Source: Polyangiales bacterium (GTDB taxonomy: Bacteria > Myxococcota_A > Polyangia > Polyangiales > Houyiibacteriaceae). From it: 64,000 nucleotides of DNA. This document shows positions 40,098 through 48,752 of the stretch, one piece after another (within the stretch, counting starts at the first letter, position 1; each line of letters begins with the position of its first letter). The stretch spans positions 42,852 through 106,851 of the forward strand of contig JBGCFM010000100.1 in NCBI GenBank assembly GCA_045106895.1, given 5' to 3'. The position numbers were made by a program, and so were the translations under genes. The notes beneath the pieces were generated by a model. It was not told the DNA's origin and searched no databases. It saw only the letters and a list, made by a program, of their open reading frames with translations.

Positions 40098-41378
40098 ATG
40101 AAATACGGGTCCTTGTTTCTTGCGTGTGCCGTCGTCGTTGGATGTGGCGACGACGACGTTCTGCCAATCCTCGATGCCGGAGCCATCGATGCCGCCAGTC
40201 CTGACGTCGGCAACGACGCGGGGAACGACACGGGCCCCGACCCCGACGCAGGTCCCGTTTGCGAAGCCGGCGAGGTGCCCCTCGGGCGCGGCGAACACTC
40301 CATGATCTACGACACGCGCCGCGACCGCCTGGTCGCCTTCGGCGGCACCGTGGCCTTCCCCGAGATGTGTATGCCGCGCTACGAGTACACCGACGAAATC
40401 TGGCTCTTCGATCCAGTCTGCCAAACCTGGACACAGGACACTCCTTCGATTGGAGGCCCCGGACGCCGCGCGCGCCAGGCCATGGTGCACGACGCAGCCG
40501 GTGACCGTGCCATCGCGTTCGGGGGCCGGACGTACGAAGGCGGCTTCTCCTTCCGAATTCGCGCCGACATTCATGTCCTCGACCTGGAGACCTTGGCATG
40601 GACTGAGCTCATCCCAGCGAACGAAACGCTTCCACCTCGCTCCCACGCCGCGATGGCCTTCGACGAAACCGGCAATCGTCTCGTCGTGTTCGGCGGCAAC
40701 CTTGGAGGCGGCGTCTTTAGCCCGGAACTCACCAACGACACGTGGGAGTACGACCTGACGACGAACGAGTGGACGGAGCTGACGCCGGCGGAGTCGCCGG
40801 GCGCCCGCTACGGCCATGCCTTCACGCAAGTCGGTCGAAAAATGTACGTGTACGGCGGATCCGGACCCATGGGCAGCTTCGTGAACGACGTGTGGGAGTT
40901 CGATCTGGACACGAACGAGTGGACGGGCGTGCGCGGTGGTGGACCCGACTCGCCGCCAAGTCGCTTCGGCGCGGCCCTCTTCGACGATGGTGCCGGCGGT
41001 CTCCTCATGGCTCTCGGACACGACGCGACGGACCTCGGAAACGTCAACGATCTTTGGCACCTCAATCTGGCCACCAACGCTTGGACGGAGCTTCGCCACG
41101 GAGATGTACTGAGCGGAGTGGCGAACGGCATCTGCGACTTCCCCGCGGACTTCACGACGCCGGACCTCGAGGGTCCTGAGCGCCGCAACTTCCAGGGCTA
41201 CGCCGCCGGTGGGGGCCATGCCTTCATCAGCTTCGGCAAGACGGACTGCGGTAACGCCAACGACATGTGGACAATTGATCTCGCTGCGCCGGACTTTGCC
41301 CTCGCCGGACCCGCCACAACGAGCGGCGAAGCCTGCAATCGCTCTGGCCGCGAGGACTGCACCTCGCTCTGCTTCTGA
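40098..41378 (+). CDS. Kelch-repeat beta-propeller lipoprotein
   Basis: Lipobox VVGC; repeated R..H.M...FGG...ND.W.Y/FD...W Kelch units. Confidence 0.82.
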   Translation: MKYGSLFLACAVVVGCGDDDVLPILDAGAIDAASPDVGNDAGNDTGPDPDAGPVCEAGEVPLGRGEHSMIYDTRRDRLVAFGGTVAFPEMCMPRYEYTDEIWLFDPVCQTWTQDTPSIGGPGRRARQAMVHDAAGDRAIAFGGRTYEGGFSFRIRADIHVLDLETLAWTELIPANETLPPRSHAAMAFDETGNRLVVFGGNLGGGVFSPELTNDTWEYDLTTNEWTELTPAESPGARYGHAFTQVGRKMYVYGGSGPMGSFVNDVWEFDLDTNEWTGVRGGGPDSPPSRFGAALFDDGAGGLLMALGHDATDLGNVNDLWHLNLATNAWTELRHGDVLSGVANGICDFPADFTTPDLEGPERRNFQGYAAGGGHAFISFGKTDCGNANDMWTIDLAAPDFALAGPATTSGEACNRSGREDCTSLCF

Positions 41379-41505
41379 GCAGAGGCGGAGGTCTGGAGTA
41401 GCCGCGGCGATTGGCCAAAACGGGTCCAAACTAGACTTTTTTGACCATTTCCCCTATTGTGACAGTTGTGTGACACGGCTTTGGGCCCTAAAACACACGT
41501 GATTC

Positions 41506-43161
41506 ATGTCCGCCCCACGCCAAGAGCGCCGCAAACGAGAGCGGCATGTCACTCATCAGAGGGCGTCCGCGGTTCCACCACCTCCAGGGCCTCCACAGCC
41601 ACGCAAGGCCAAGAAGGCGGCGAAGACCGTCGCCCGCCCCCAGGTTGCCGCCGACGATGGCATCCTGGCGGACGTTCTTGAACCTACCACCTCGCTCCTC
41701 GACGAAGACGAGTGGTCTTTTCGCGAGCCCAAGTGGCGTATCCACGACCGAACCCATCTCGAGTTCGCCGTGGACTACGAAATCCCCAAGGAACAGAAGA
41801 AGGAAACCTACGTCTGGGAGGCGTACTTCTTCATTCCTCGCAGCTTGAAGGTCAACAGCGACACCTTTGAAAAGCGGCACATCTACCGCGACCTGCAGTC
41901 CTACGTGCGCCTCGCCCTCCCGGCGATGCCCCTCGCCGAAGTGGCGGAGCTTCCCAAGAGCCGAATACAAGCGGCGCTTGCGGACAACACCCTTGGTATT
42001 CAGGAACTTCGCCTCTTCGCTTGTCAGCTCCGGCGGTCCGCGTCGGAGGCTCTTCGCACGATTCGAAAAGACATCGAGCGAGGAGACCTGGACGAACTTG
42101 AGCCAACCTGCACATCCTTTGCCGTGCTCCTCCGCGACTTGCTCGCGGCCTTTCGCGAAGTGATTCCCTCCGCCGTCCACGAAGAGACTCGCATCACCGC
42201 GAGCTGGATCGACGAAGACTGTTCACGCATTGTCGAGTCAACGCTGGGGCAACTCAGTATCCTTCTACGCCGCAGCGGTCACGAGAGACTCGCCGCCACC
42301 GTCGCCGGCGGCGCCGTGGAGGAGGCCGTCTATCGGCGAGACAATGACGTGGGCAGCGTCGGATATGGGGACTCCGACAAACGCGACGTCGAACACCTGG
42401 AGTTTCGTCGCCACCTCCTCAAACGATTCAGCGCGTCCGTGCTGTGGCTGCACCGCGAAGTTTCCGAAGCGGGCAAGTGGACGCTCCAGGCGCTCTACGC
42501 CATCGCCGCCAGCGTCGCGATGGCCTTCACCGTCGGTGCCGCCTTCTACCACGGCACGCCCGACGCGAACGCATTCAATAATCTCTGGAAGTGGGCGACG
42601 ATCGTCATCCTGGCGTACGCAGGAAAGGACCGCATCAAGGCGACGCTTCAGGGCGTGTTTACGAAGTGGGTCCACAAGTGGATGCCAGACCGGCGCTGGC
42701 GACTCGAAGACCGGCTCAAGCGCATCACCGTTGGAACGGTCCGCGAACGCTCGGAGTTCCTCAAGAAGAAGGACATTCCAAACGCGGTTCACACCGCCCG
42801 TGTCAGTACACATCAGCACCGCCTCGAAGAACAAGCGCGGCCCGAGCATGTCCTGTGGCACAAGAAGGACTGCGCCGTGAATGCCGAAGCAGTTCGCGGC
42901 ATGGACGAGCGCTACGGCGCCATCACGGAGATCTTTCGCCTCAACCTCCGTGAGTGGCTTGTTCATACGGACAACGCCAAGCAGCGCGCCGTCTTCGCAG
43001 ACCCGGATGACCAGCACATCTACACGGCGATGGCGCCACGAGTTTACAACATCGCCGTGGTCTACCGTCTCCGCTCGTCCACCGATGACGCCGCACCTTG
43101 GCGCCGCGTTCGCGTGATTATCTCACGCAAAGGCATCAAACGAATCGAGCGCGTTCTGTAG
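41506..43161 (+). CDS. Hypothetical protein with two central TM helices
   Basis: Long ORF with typical codon bias and two hydrophobic segments (ALYAIAASVAMAFTVGAAFY; LWKWATIVILAY). Overlaps the osc 3' end by 26 bp convergently. Confidence 0.7.
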   Translation: MSAPRQERRKRERHVTHQRASAVPPPPGPPQPRKAKKAAKTVARPQVAADDGILADVLEPTTSLLDEDEWSFREPKWRIHDRTHLEFAVDYEIPKEQKKETYVWEAYFFIPRSLKVNSDTFEKRHIYRDLQSYVRLALPAMPLAEVAELPKSRIQAALADNTLGIQELRLFACQLRRSASEALRTIRKDIERGDLDELEPTCTSFAVLLRDLLAAFREVIPSAVHEETRITASWIDEDCSRIVESTLGQLSILLRRSGHERLAATVAGGAVEEAVYRRDNDVGSVGYGDSDKRDVEHLEFRRHLLKRFSASVLWLHREVSEAGKWTLQALYAIAASVAMAFTVGAAFYHGTPDANAFNNLWKWATIVILAYAGKDRIKATLQGVFTKWVHKWMPDRRWRLEDRLKRITVGTVRERSEFLKKKDIPNAVHTARVSTHQHRLEEQARPEHVLWHKKDCAVNAEAVRGMDERYGAITEIFRLNLREWLVHTDNAKQRAVFADPDDQHIYTAMAPRVYNIAVVYRLRSSTDDAAPWRRVRVIISRKGIKRIERVL

Positions 43162-45166
43162 TCTGTGTCGCTGTGCTGGTCGCACTCGCGCGTGTCTCGC
43201 TCATCGCCAGCGCCCAGAGCGGGAAGTAACGACGATAGAGGCGGTAGTCCAAGAGGGCCGTTCGGAAGAACACGCCGGTCATCATTGGCGCCGCCCAGTC
43301 ACCATTCTCGGCCTGCAGAGAGCGCAACGCGCTGGCGGCGGATTCAAAGGACGAGGCGAAGGCTTGTCCACCTTCGACGAGCGTCATCGCTGCCCAAGCT
43401 GTTTGTGTTGGATGAGACGCGTCACCTTCGATGTAGCGATCTTCAAGACAGCTGCGCCACGACTCACTGAAGGAGCCGTCGTCACGCTGCTTCGCCGCGA
43501 CAAAGGAACATGCCTTTTGAATCGCGGGGTCGTCTGGGGTCGCACCCGCTGCGACCAGACCGCGTACGCCGAAGAGCGTCCCGTAGAGGTAGGCCACGCC
43601 CCAAGCTCCGTCCCAGCTTCCGTCGGCGTTTTGTGAGGCACGTAGGTACTTCTCCGCACGCTCGATGGCTGCGTCGATGTTCGCGCGCATCATCGCTGGG
43701 TAACGACTACGAACCGCAGCGAGGGCCGCCAGGTTCGAAGCCGTGCACTCGAAGTAGGACAGCTCCGTCATCGAGTCGCCGAACATCTCCGCGGGATTCA
43801 TCCACTCAAGCCCGGCGCGGACCTTTCGCGACTCATAGGAACCAAAACCTCCGTCGAAATTCTGCGCCTGCAAAAGGAAGCGTACTCCGGCTTCGATGCG
43901 CTGTGGCTTCGGCGTGTATAGCTCCTTCGGCGCTTCGAGGAACGCAAGGAGCGCCTCTGCCGTGCAGTCGCTGACAGGCCAGCCGTGCCAAATGCCGGCG
44001 AAGCAGAAGCCGCCTGTGGGGTCGACGCGATCTTGAGCCGCGTACGCGCTCACGTCCCCGCCGCTCGGCTTCATGATCTGTTGCGTCTCAAGCCACGCGA
44101 GGCCGCGAAGGAGGGCTTCGTCGACGTCGCGTCGTGCGTTTCCTTGCAGGTTCGCGCGCGCTTCGGAAAGCGCCTGCAGAGCGAATGAGGTGTCCCAGGT
44201 CGCGCTACGAGCACCGGTGACACGAAGACCTTCTTCGTCGTCTTCCCAGACCCACCCTTTGACCGCCGCGTCGTCTTCAACGTCGCCGCCAAAACGGGCG
44301 AGCTGCGCGTGGAGGTCCGAGTCGTTTGGATCCATCGCGTGAAGTGTGAGCGCAAAGAGCAGCCCATTCACCGGCGAGAGACACGTGTAGTCTGTGCTTC
44401 GAAGCTCAAAACGAATGCGTTTGACGAAGCGCTTGAGGAGCCAGCCACGAAGGCGCGGTGAGTGGAGCCGTTCCGCGACGTTGACCGCCGCGTACACTCC
44501 CTTGAGTATCGTGCCCGGCGGCGCCCAGAGATCATTCTCGCGAAGCCGGCCTCGCGACCCCTGGAAATCTAAGGTCTCGAAACGCCGCCCTGGATAGAGT
44601 TCACTCCGCAACTCGTGGGTGAGGTTCGTGATCGGCGCCTGGACCTTCAGCGAACGAACGCTGGCCATGCCCATGTAGATCAAGCGCGTGTGGCAGTAGT
44701 AGTTCGCCGGGTGCAAAGGCACCTTCTCCGGCAGGAGCCAGGCTTCTGGAGGGACCGCGTTGACGCCTTCCCAGCGGTAGAGGCCTGCGATGGAGAGCCA
44801 CACCTTGCCCCAGCTCGGGATCGTCAAGGTGTCCTCTCGCTCGAAGAACTGCCGGGCGCCAGAGAGCAATGGGTCTGACGCGTCCAGACCGCTCATTCGC
44901 GCGGCGACATAGCAGAGCGCGGTCACGAAGAGCGATGCTTCTCCGTGACGGTGCATGCCCCAGCAGCCGCTGCCGTCCTCAAGCTGCATCGCCGCCAGCT
45001 GCGTGATGAGCCCTGTCCTACGTCGCGGCGGAATCTCCCGTCCCATCGCATGCATCGCGATGACATATTGCGCCGCGAGCATGGGATTCCACACCACTTC
45101 GCCTTCCCAGTGTTCTCCTTCGTTTCGCAACGAAACAAGGTGAAGGGCCGCGGTATGAAGCGTCAT
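43136..45166 (-). CDS. osc: 2,3-oxidosqualene cyclase (lanosterol/cycloartenol synthase family)
   Basis: VSDCTAE catalytic motif (not the DXDD of squalene-hopene cyclase), IPSWGKVWL, YYCHTR, WDT, GGFGSYE, QW-type repeats (QNFDGGF, QNADGSW, QAENGDW) and GVF...Y..YFPLWAL. Confidence 0.95.
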   Translation of the reverse strand: MTLHTAALHLVSLRNEGEHWEGEVVWNPMLAAQYVIAMHAMGREIPPRRRTGLITQLAAMQLEDGSGCWGMHRHGEASLFVTALCYVAARMSGLDASDPLLSGARQFFEREDTLTIPSWGKVWLSIAGLYRWEGVNAVPPEAWLLPEKVPLHPANYYCHTRLIYMGMASVRSLKVQAPITNLTHELRSELYPGRRFETLDFQGSRGRLRENDLWAPPGTILKGVYAAVNVAERLHSPRLRGWLLKRFVKRIRFELRSTDYTCLSPVNGLLFALTLHAMDPNDSDLHAQLARFGGDVEDDAAVKGWVWEDDEEGLRVTGARSATWDTSFALQALSEARANLQGNARRDVDEALLRGLAWLETQQIMKPSGGDVSAYAAQDRVDPTGGFCFAGIWHGWPVSDCTAEALLAFLEAPKELYTPKPQRIEAGVRFLLQAQNFDGGFGSYESRKVRAGLEWMNPAEMFGDSMTELSYFECTASNLAALAAVRSRYPAMMRANIDAAIERAEKYLRASQNADGSWDGAWGVAYLYGTLFGVRGLVAAGATPDDPAIQKACSFVAAKQRDDGSFSESWRSCLEDRYIEGDASHPTQTAWAAMTLVEGGQAFASSFESAASALRSLQAENGDWAAPMMTGVFFRTALLDYRLYRRYFPLWALAMSETRASATSTATQTTERARFV

Positions 45167-46480
45167 CTAAACGGCCTTTTGGCGAGCCGTGGTGAGCAAC
45201 TCTCGAGCGACGTCCAGTTTGACCTGGCCGGCGTCGACAAGCTGTGCCGCGATGAGGTCCACCTCGTGGTGTTCCGCACCGGCGGCGAGCGCAACGCTGC
45301 GTGCGTGGAGCGTCATATGGCCTCGTTGAATGCCTTCAGTCGCCAACGCGCGAAGCGCACCCATGTTCTGTGCGAGACCCACCGTGGCCATGACCATTCC
45401 AAGCTCCGCGGCGGAACCTACGTCGAGGATCTTTCGCAAAACACGAATCGTTGGGTGCACTTGAGTGCTTCCGCCAACGACACCGACGGCCATGGGCAGC
45501 TCGATGCTCCCCATGAGGTAACCATCTTCGCGCCACCACTTGGTGAGAGAAGTGTAGCGGCCGTCACGAGCGGCGTACGCGTGCGCGCCCGCTTCAACAC
45601 TTCGCCAGTCGTTGCCCGTGGCAATGGCCACAGCATCGATGCCGTTCATCACGCCCTTGTTGTGTGTCGCCGCACGATAAGGGTCGACTGCCGCAAATCG
45701 GTATGCCTGCACGATGCCCTCGGCCACCTCGGCGCCGGAGTAGCCGTTGCCCGCCAAGTGAATCTCTGGAACGCGACAGGAGGCGCGCGCACAGCGGCGG
45801 TCCGCCAGGTTCGAGAGGATGCGCAAGTTCACGCGCCCCTTCGTCAGCTCTTCAATGCGACCCGCAACGCCTTCGGCCATCGCGTTGACCGCGTTGGCGC
45901 CCATCGCTTCGCCGCAGTCGACGAGGAGATGAACGACGAGCATTGGGAACTCGTCATCGAAGCGCCGGACCTCGATGTCACGTGCACCGCCGCCGCGCTT
46001 CTTCATGTTCGGATGAACACGGTCAGCGAGAGTAAGCAGCTCTTCCTTCGCGTCCTCCAAAGCCTTCACAGCGGCATCGACGTCGGGAAGGTCGAGGACC
46101 TGGACCTGACCGATCATCATCGATGGATCGGCAGAACCCGTGAATCCGCCGGCTTTGCGAACGGTCCGCGCCATGTTCGAGACCGCCGCGACAACACTCG
46201 GCTCCTCGACGACCATCGGAATGACGTAGTCACGTCCGTTGAGGTGGAAGTTCAGACCGAGTCCAATGGGGAGTCCGAAGACGCCCACACAGTTCTCAAC
46301 CATCTTGTCCGCGCGGCCCACGCCAAGACGTCCACCGTCGCGGAGGACGTCGAGGTCTTCGCTGGTGAGACCGAAGCGCTTACCGAGTTCGGCGTGACGC
46401 TCGCCCACTTCGAGGCGGTAGAAACCGGGGATTCGCGACTCACGTCGCCGACTGGAGGAGTTGATCGTTTCTTCGGTCAT
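45167..46480 (-). CDS. mvaA: Class II HMG-CoA reductase
   Basis: ENCVG, PMVVEEPSVVAA, EAMGAN, RILSNL, RAATHNKG, GNDWR and EGIQRGHMTLH motifs. ATGA overlap with the Rieske gene; the stop abuts the osc ATG. Confidence 0.93.
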   Translation of the reverse strand: MTEETINSSSRRRESRIPGFYRLEVGERHAELGKRFGLTSEDLDVLRDGGRLGVGRADKMVENCVGVFGLPIGLGLNFHLNGRDYVIPMVVEEPSVVAAVSNMARTVRKAGGFTGSADPSMMIGQVQVLDLPDVDAAVKALEDAKEELLTLADRVHPNMKKRGGGARDIEVRRFDDEFPMLVVHLLVDCGEAMGANAVNAMAEGVAGRIEELTKGRVNLRILSNLADRRCARASCRVPEIHLAGNGYSGAEVAEGIVQAYRFAAVDPYRAATHNKGVMNGIDAVAIATGNDWRSVEAGAHAYAARDGRYTSLTKWWREDGYLMGSIELPMAVGVVGGSTQVHPTIRVLRKILDVGSAAELGMVMATVGLAQNMGALRALATEGIQRGHMTLHARSVALAAGAEHHEVDLIAAQLVDAGQVKLDVARELLTTARQKAV

Positions 46481-47625
46481 GCCGACACCTGGTCTTCCGT
46501 GGACTTTTTGGGCTTCGAGCTGAGCTTCGTGAGCCCTTTTTCGTCGAGGTATTCCTGCCATTTACGAATCGTCAGATCTTGGAAAGACCGAACGACGGGG
46601 TTGATCTCTGCGAGGGGTTCGTCCCAGAAACGCTCCCAACCCCTTTGTTCTTCCTCAACAGCGACAGCATCTTCACCAAGGAGTGGTTTGATGGTCAGTT
46701 CATTGGCGATTTGCATGAAAGGACGCATCAACGCCTTCGGGATTCGCGCGGAAGTGAAAGGAACCTTGAAGCTCTTGAAGCAGAAAAGGAAGAACGCGCG
46801 TGATGTGCGTTCGTCGATGGGCAGCACGAAGAGCCAATGCTTGATCTGGTCGTCCGTGTTCGAGAACTGGTAGGGGTACTGGTAACCGAGCTTCATGCTG
46901 CTCGTGTCGATGGACTTCCGGTCGATGAAGAGACCGCTGAAGCGGCCCGTTCCAACCTTCGTGTCGTACTCAAGATGTACCGTGTCCCCGACGGTCTCGT
47001 AGCTGAGGAGTTCCGCGTCGGTGAAGGGACGGAAACGTCGATGCAGATAGGCGTGGGTAAAGTCGCTCACGTTGTCGAGAATCATCGAGTGGTGTGCTTG
47101 CCAGGTGGCATCCACGGGAACGCAGGTCCAAGCGTCCGGTCCCTCGAGCTCTGGAATGCTCGGCATCGGTACGCTTTCTGCGCGCTCCGCGTCACCGAAG
47201 AACACCCAAATCAGCCCGTACTTCAGCTTCACCGGCAGGTGAGGAACCTTGAACTTGGGAAACTTCCGCCCGAAGAGCGAGTGCGGAATGTCTACAACGC
47301 GCCCTTCCCCATCGTAGGTCCAGCCATGGTAGGGACAGACAAGGTTGCATCCATCGACATGCCCCGTGGAGAGCCGCAGCTGGCGGTGAGCGCAGCGATT
47401 TTCGATGGCACGAACGACGTCATCTTCGCCGCGAAAGACAGCGATGGAGCGCTTCCAAAACACCACCTCTTTGACTTCGCCCTTGGGCAGAGCCTTCTCG
47501 TACTCAACGGCGTACCAGTAGTTTGGGTTCATCCCCGCGGAGCGGACCTTTTGGCGAACGTTCTTTGACTCCTCAAAGGACGGCGGAGGCGTAGCGGATC
47601 GAACGTAGGGGTTTCGCTTGCTCAT
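46477..47625 (-). CDS. Rieske [2Fe-2S] non-heme iron oxygenase, SdmA-like sterol C-4 methyl oxidase (by context)
   Basis: NRCAH...VCPYHGW Rieske ligands; DNVSDFTHAYLH and GED mononuclear-iron motifs; paired with an SDR inside a sterol operon. The family call is firm; the SdmA function is inferred. Confidence 0.8.
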   Translation of the reverse strand: MSKRNPYVRSATPPPSFEESKNVRQKVRSAGMNPNYWYAVEYEKALPKGEVKEVVFWKRSIAVFRGEDDVVRAIENRCAHRQLRLSTGHVDGCNLVCPYHGWTYDGEGRVVDIPHSLFGRKFPKFKVPHLPVKLKYGLIWVFFGDAERAESVPMPSIPELEGPDAWTCVPVDATWQAHHSMILDNVSDFTHAYLHRRFRPFTDAELLSYETVGDTVHLEYDTKVGTGRFSGLFIDRKSIDTSSMKLGYQYPYQFSNTDDQIKHWLFVLPIDERTSRAFFLFCFKSFKVPFTSARIPKALMRPFMQIANELTIKPLLGEDAVAVEEEQRGWERFWDEPLAEINPVVRSFQDLTIRKWQEYLDEKGLTKLSSKPKKSTEDQVSA

Positions 47626-47636
47626 GACGGGTGTTC

Positions 47637-48737
47637 CTAAGCGTGAATCGTTACGTGAGGGACGCTCGCCGATGGCGAGTTCGTCGGCTGTGGTGCACGT
47701 GCGTTCTTGTTCGTGATGCCGCCTCGACCCCAGTGGAACGCGTAGGCGTCGGCGAAGGCGTCTTCAATGGAGCCCGGAACGAACCCGAGCTCGTTCTTCG
47801 CTTTGGAGGTGTCCGCGTGACGCATCAGACGCAGGCGGCGGATCGCCCCAGGTGTGAGCAGCTGTGGCGCCTTGGGTCGGAAGCGCGTCATGAAGAAGCT
47901 CGTCGCTTCGGCGATGGGAAGCATCAACTGGTTCGGTACGCGGAAGCGCGGGCGAGGCTGACCGGTGATCTTCTCGAAGATCGCGAAGATGTCGTCGAGC
48001 GTCATGAACTTCGTCGCGATGATGTACTTCTGACCCGAGCGTCCCTTGTCGAGGGCCAGCAGGTGACCTTGAACGAGGTCCTTCGCGGCCACGAACTCGA
48101 AGCCGCCATTGACGTAGGCGTTCAACTCCCCGTTGGCGAAACGACAGAGCGTCCGACCCATGCGGGAAGGCAAGTAGTCATGGCCACCCACCACGGCGCA
48201 GCTCGTCACGATGAGAGCGTCCTGTCCTTCAGCGACGGCCTTCAAGACTTCGTGCTCCTGGAGCACCTTGCTGCGCTCGTAGGGCATCGCGCGGTGGTAG
48301 GGGTAGAAACCCATGGACTCGTCCGCCGGGAGGTCCGTCTGGTCGAGGTCGTATCCAACGGCGGAGAATGACCCCGTCACGATGGTCCGGCGCACGTTGT
48401 TCTCGCGTGCGATGCGCAGCAAGTGACGGGTGCCGATCACGTTCGTCTCGTAGATGGTGCGCCGATGCGCAGCGTCTCCATCAATAGTGGAGACCATCGA
48501 TGCGACGTGAATGATGTCCCGGACACCCTTGATAGCAGGCGTGAGCGTGGAGGGGTCGCGAAGGTCGCCGTACGCTTCTTCAACGGGCAATGAACGGATG
48601 GCTTCGTTGTTCTCTCCGCGGCGCAGAAGAACGCGAACGCGCTTTCCTTCTTCGACAAGCTGGTGGACGACGTTCGCACCGACGTGGCCGGCGCCACCTG
48701 TCACGAGAATCGGAGCATCTTTTTGGGGTTGGGTCAT
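47637..48737 (-). CDS. Extended SDR/3-beta-HSD family, SdmB-like sterol C-4 decarboxylase/3-ketoreductase (by context)
   Basis: VTGGAGHVG, YGDLRD, IHVAS, YETNVIGT and YERSK (YxxxK) motifs; immediately upstream of the Rieske gene. Confidence 0.8.
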   Translation of the reverse strand: MTQPQKDAPILVTGGAGHVGANVVHQLVEEGKRVRVLLRRGENNEAIRSLPVEEAYGDLRDPSTLTPAIKGVRDIIHVASMVSTIDGDAAHRRTIYETNVIGTRHLLRIARENNVRRTIVTGSFSAVGYDLDQTDLPADESMGFYPYHRAMPYERSKVLQEHEVLKAVAEGQDALIVTSCAVVGGHDYLPSRMGRTLCRFANGELNAYVNGGFEFVAAKDLVQGHLLALDKGRSGQKYIIATKFMTLDDIFAIFEKITGQPRPRFRVPNQLMLPIAEATSFFMTRFRPKAPQLLTPGAIRRLRLMRHADTSKAKNELGFVPGSIEDAFADAYAFHWGRGGITNKNARAPQPTNSPSASVPHVTIHA

Positions 48738-48752
48738 AGTCTTCTCTCAGGC

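Noticed and set aside
43136..45166. Squalene-hopene cyclase / hopanoid cluster (SDR as HpnA, synthase as HpnC/D)
   Set aside because: The catalytic motif is DCTAE rather than DXDD, an epoxidase is present, and the synthase has the SRSF flap of one-enzyme squalene synthases.
44945..46873. Long antisense ORFs (642 aa here; also 9747-11060, 18281-19780, 54253-55815, 57991-59181)
   Set aside because: They are shadow ORFs opposite well-supported genes, expected from high-GC codon bias, and carry no recognisable motifs.
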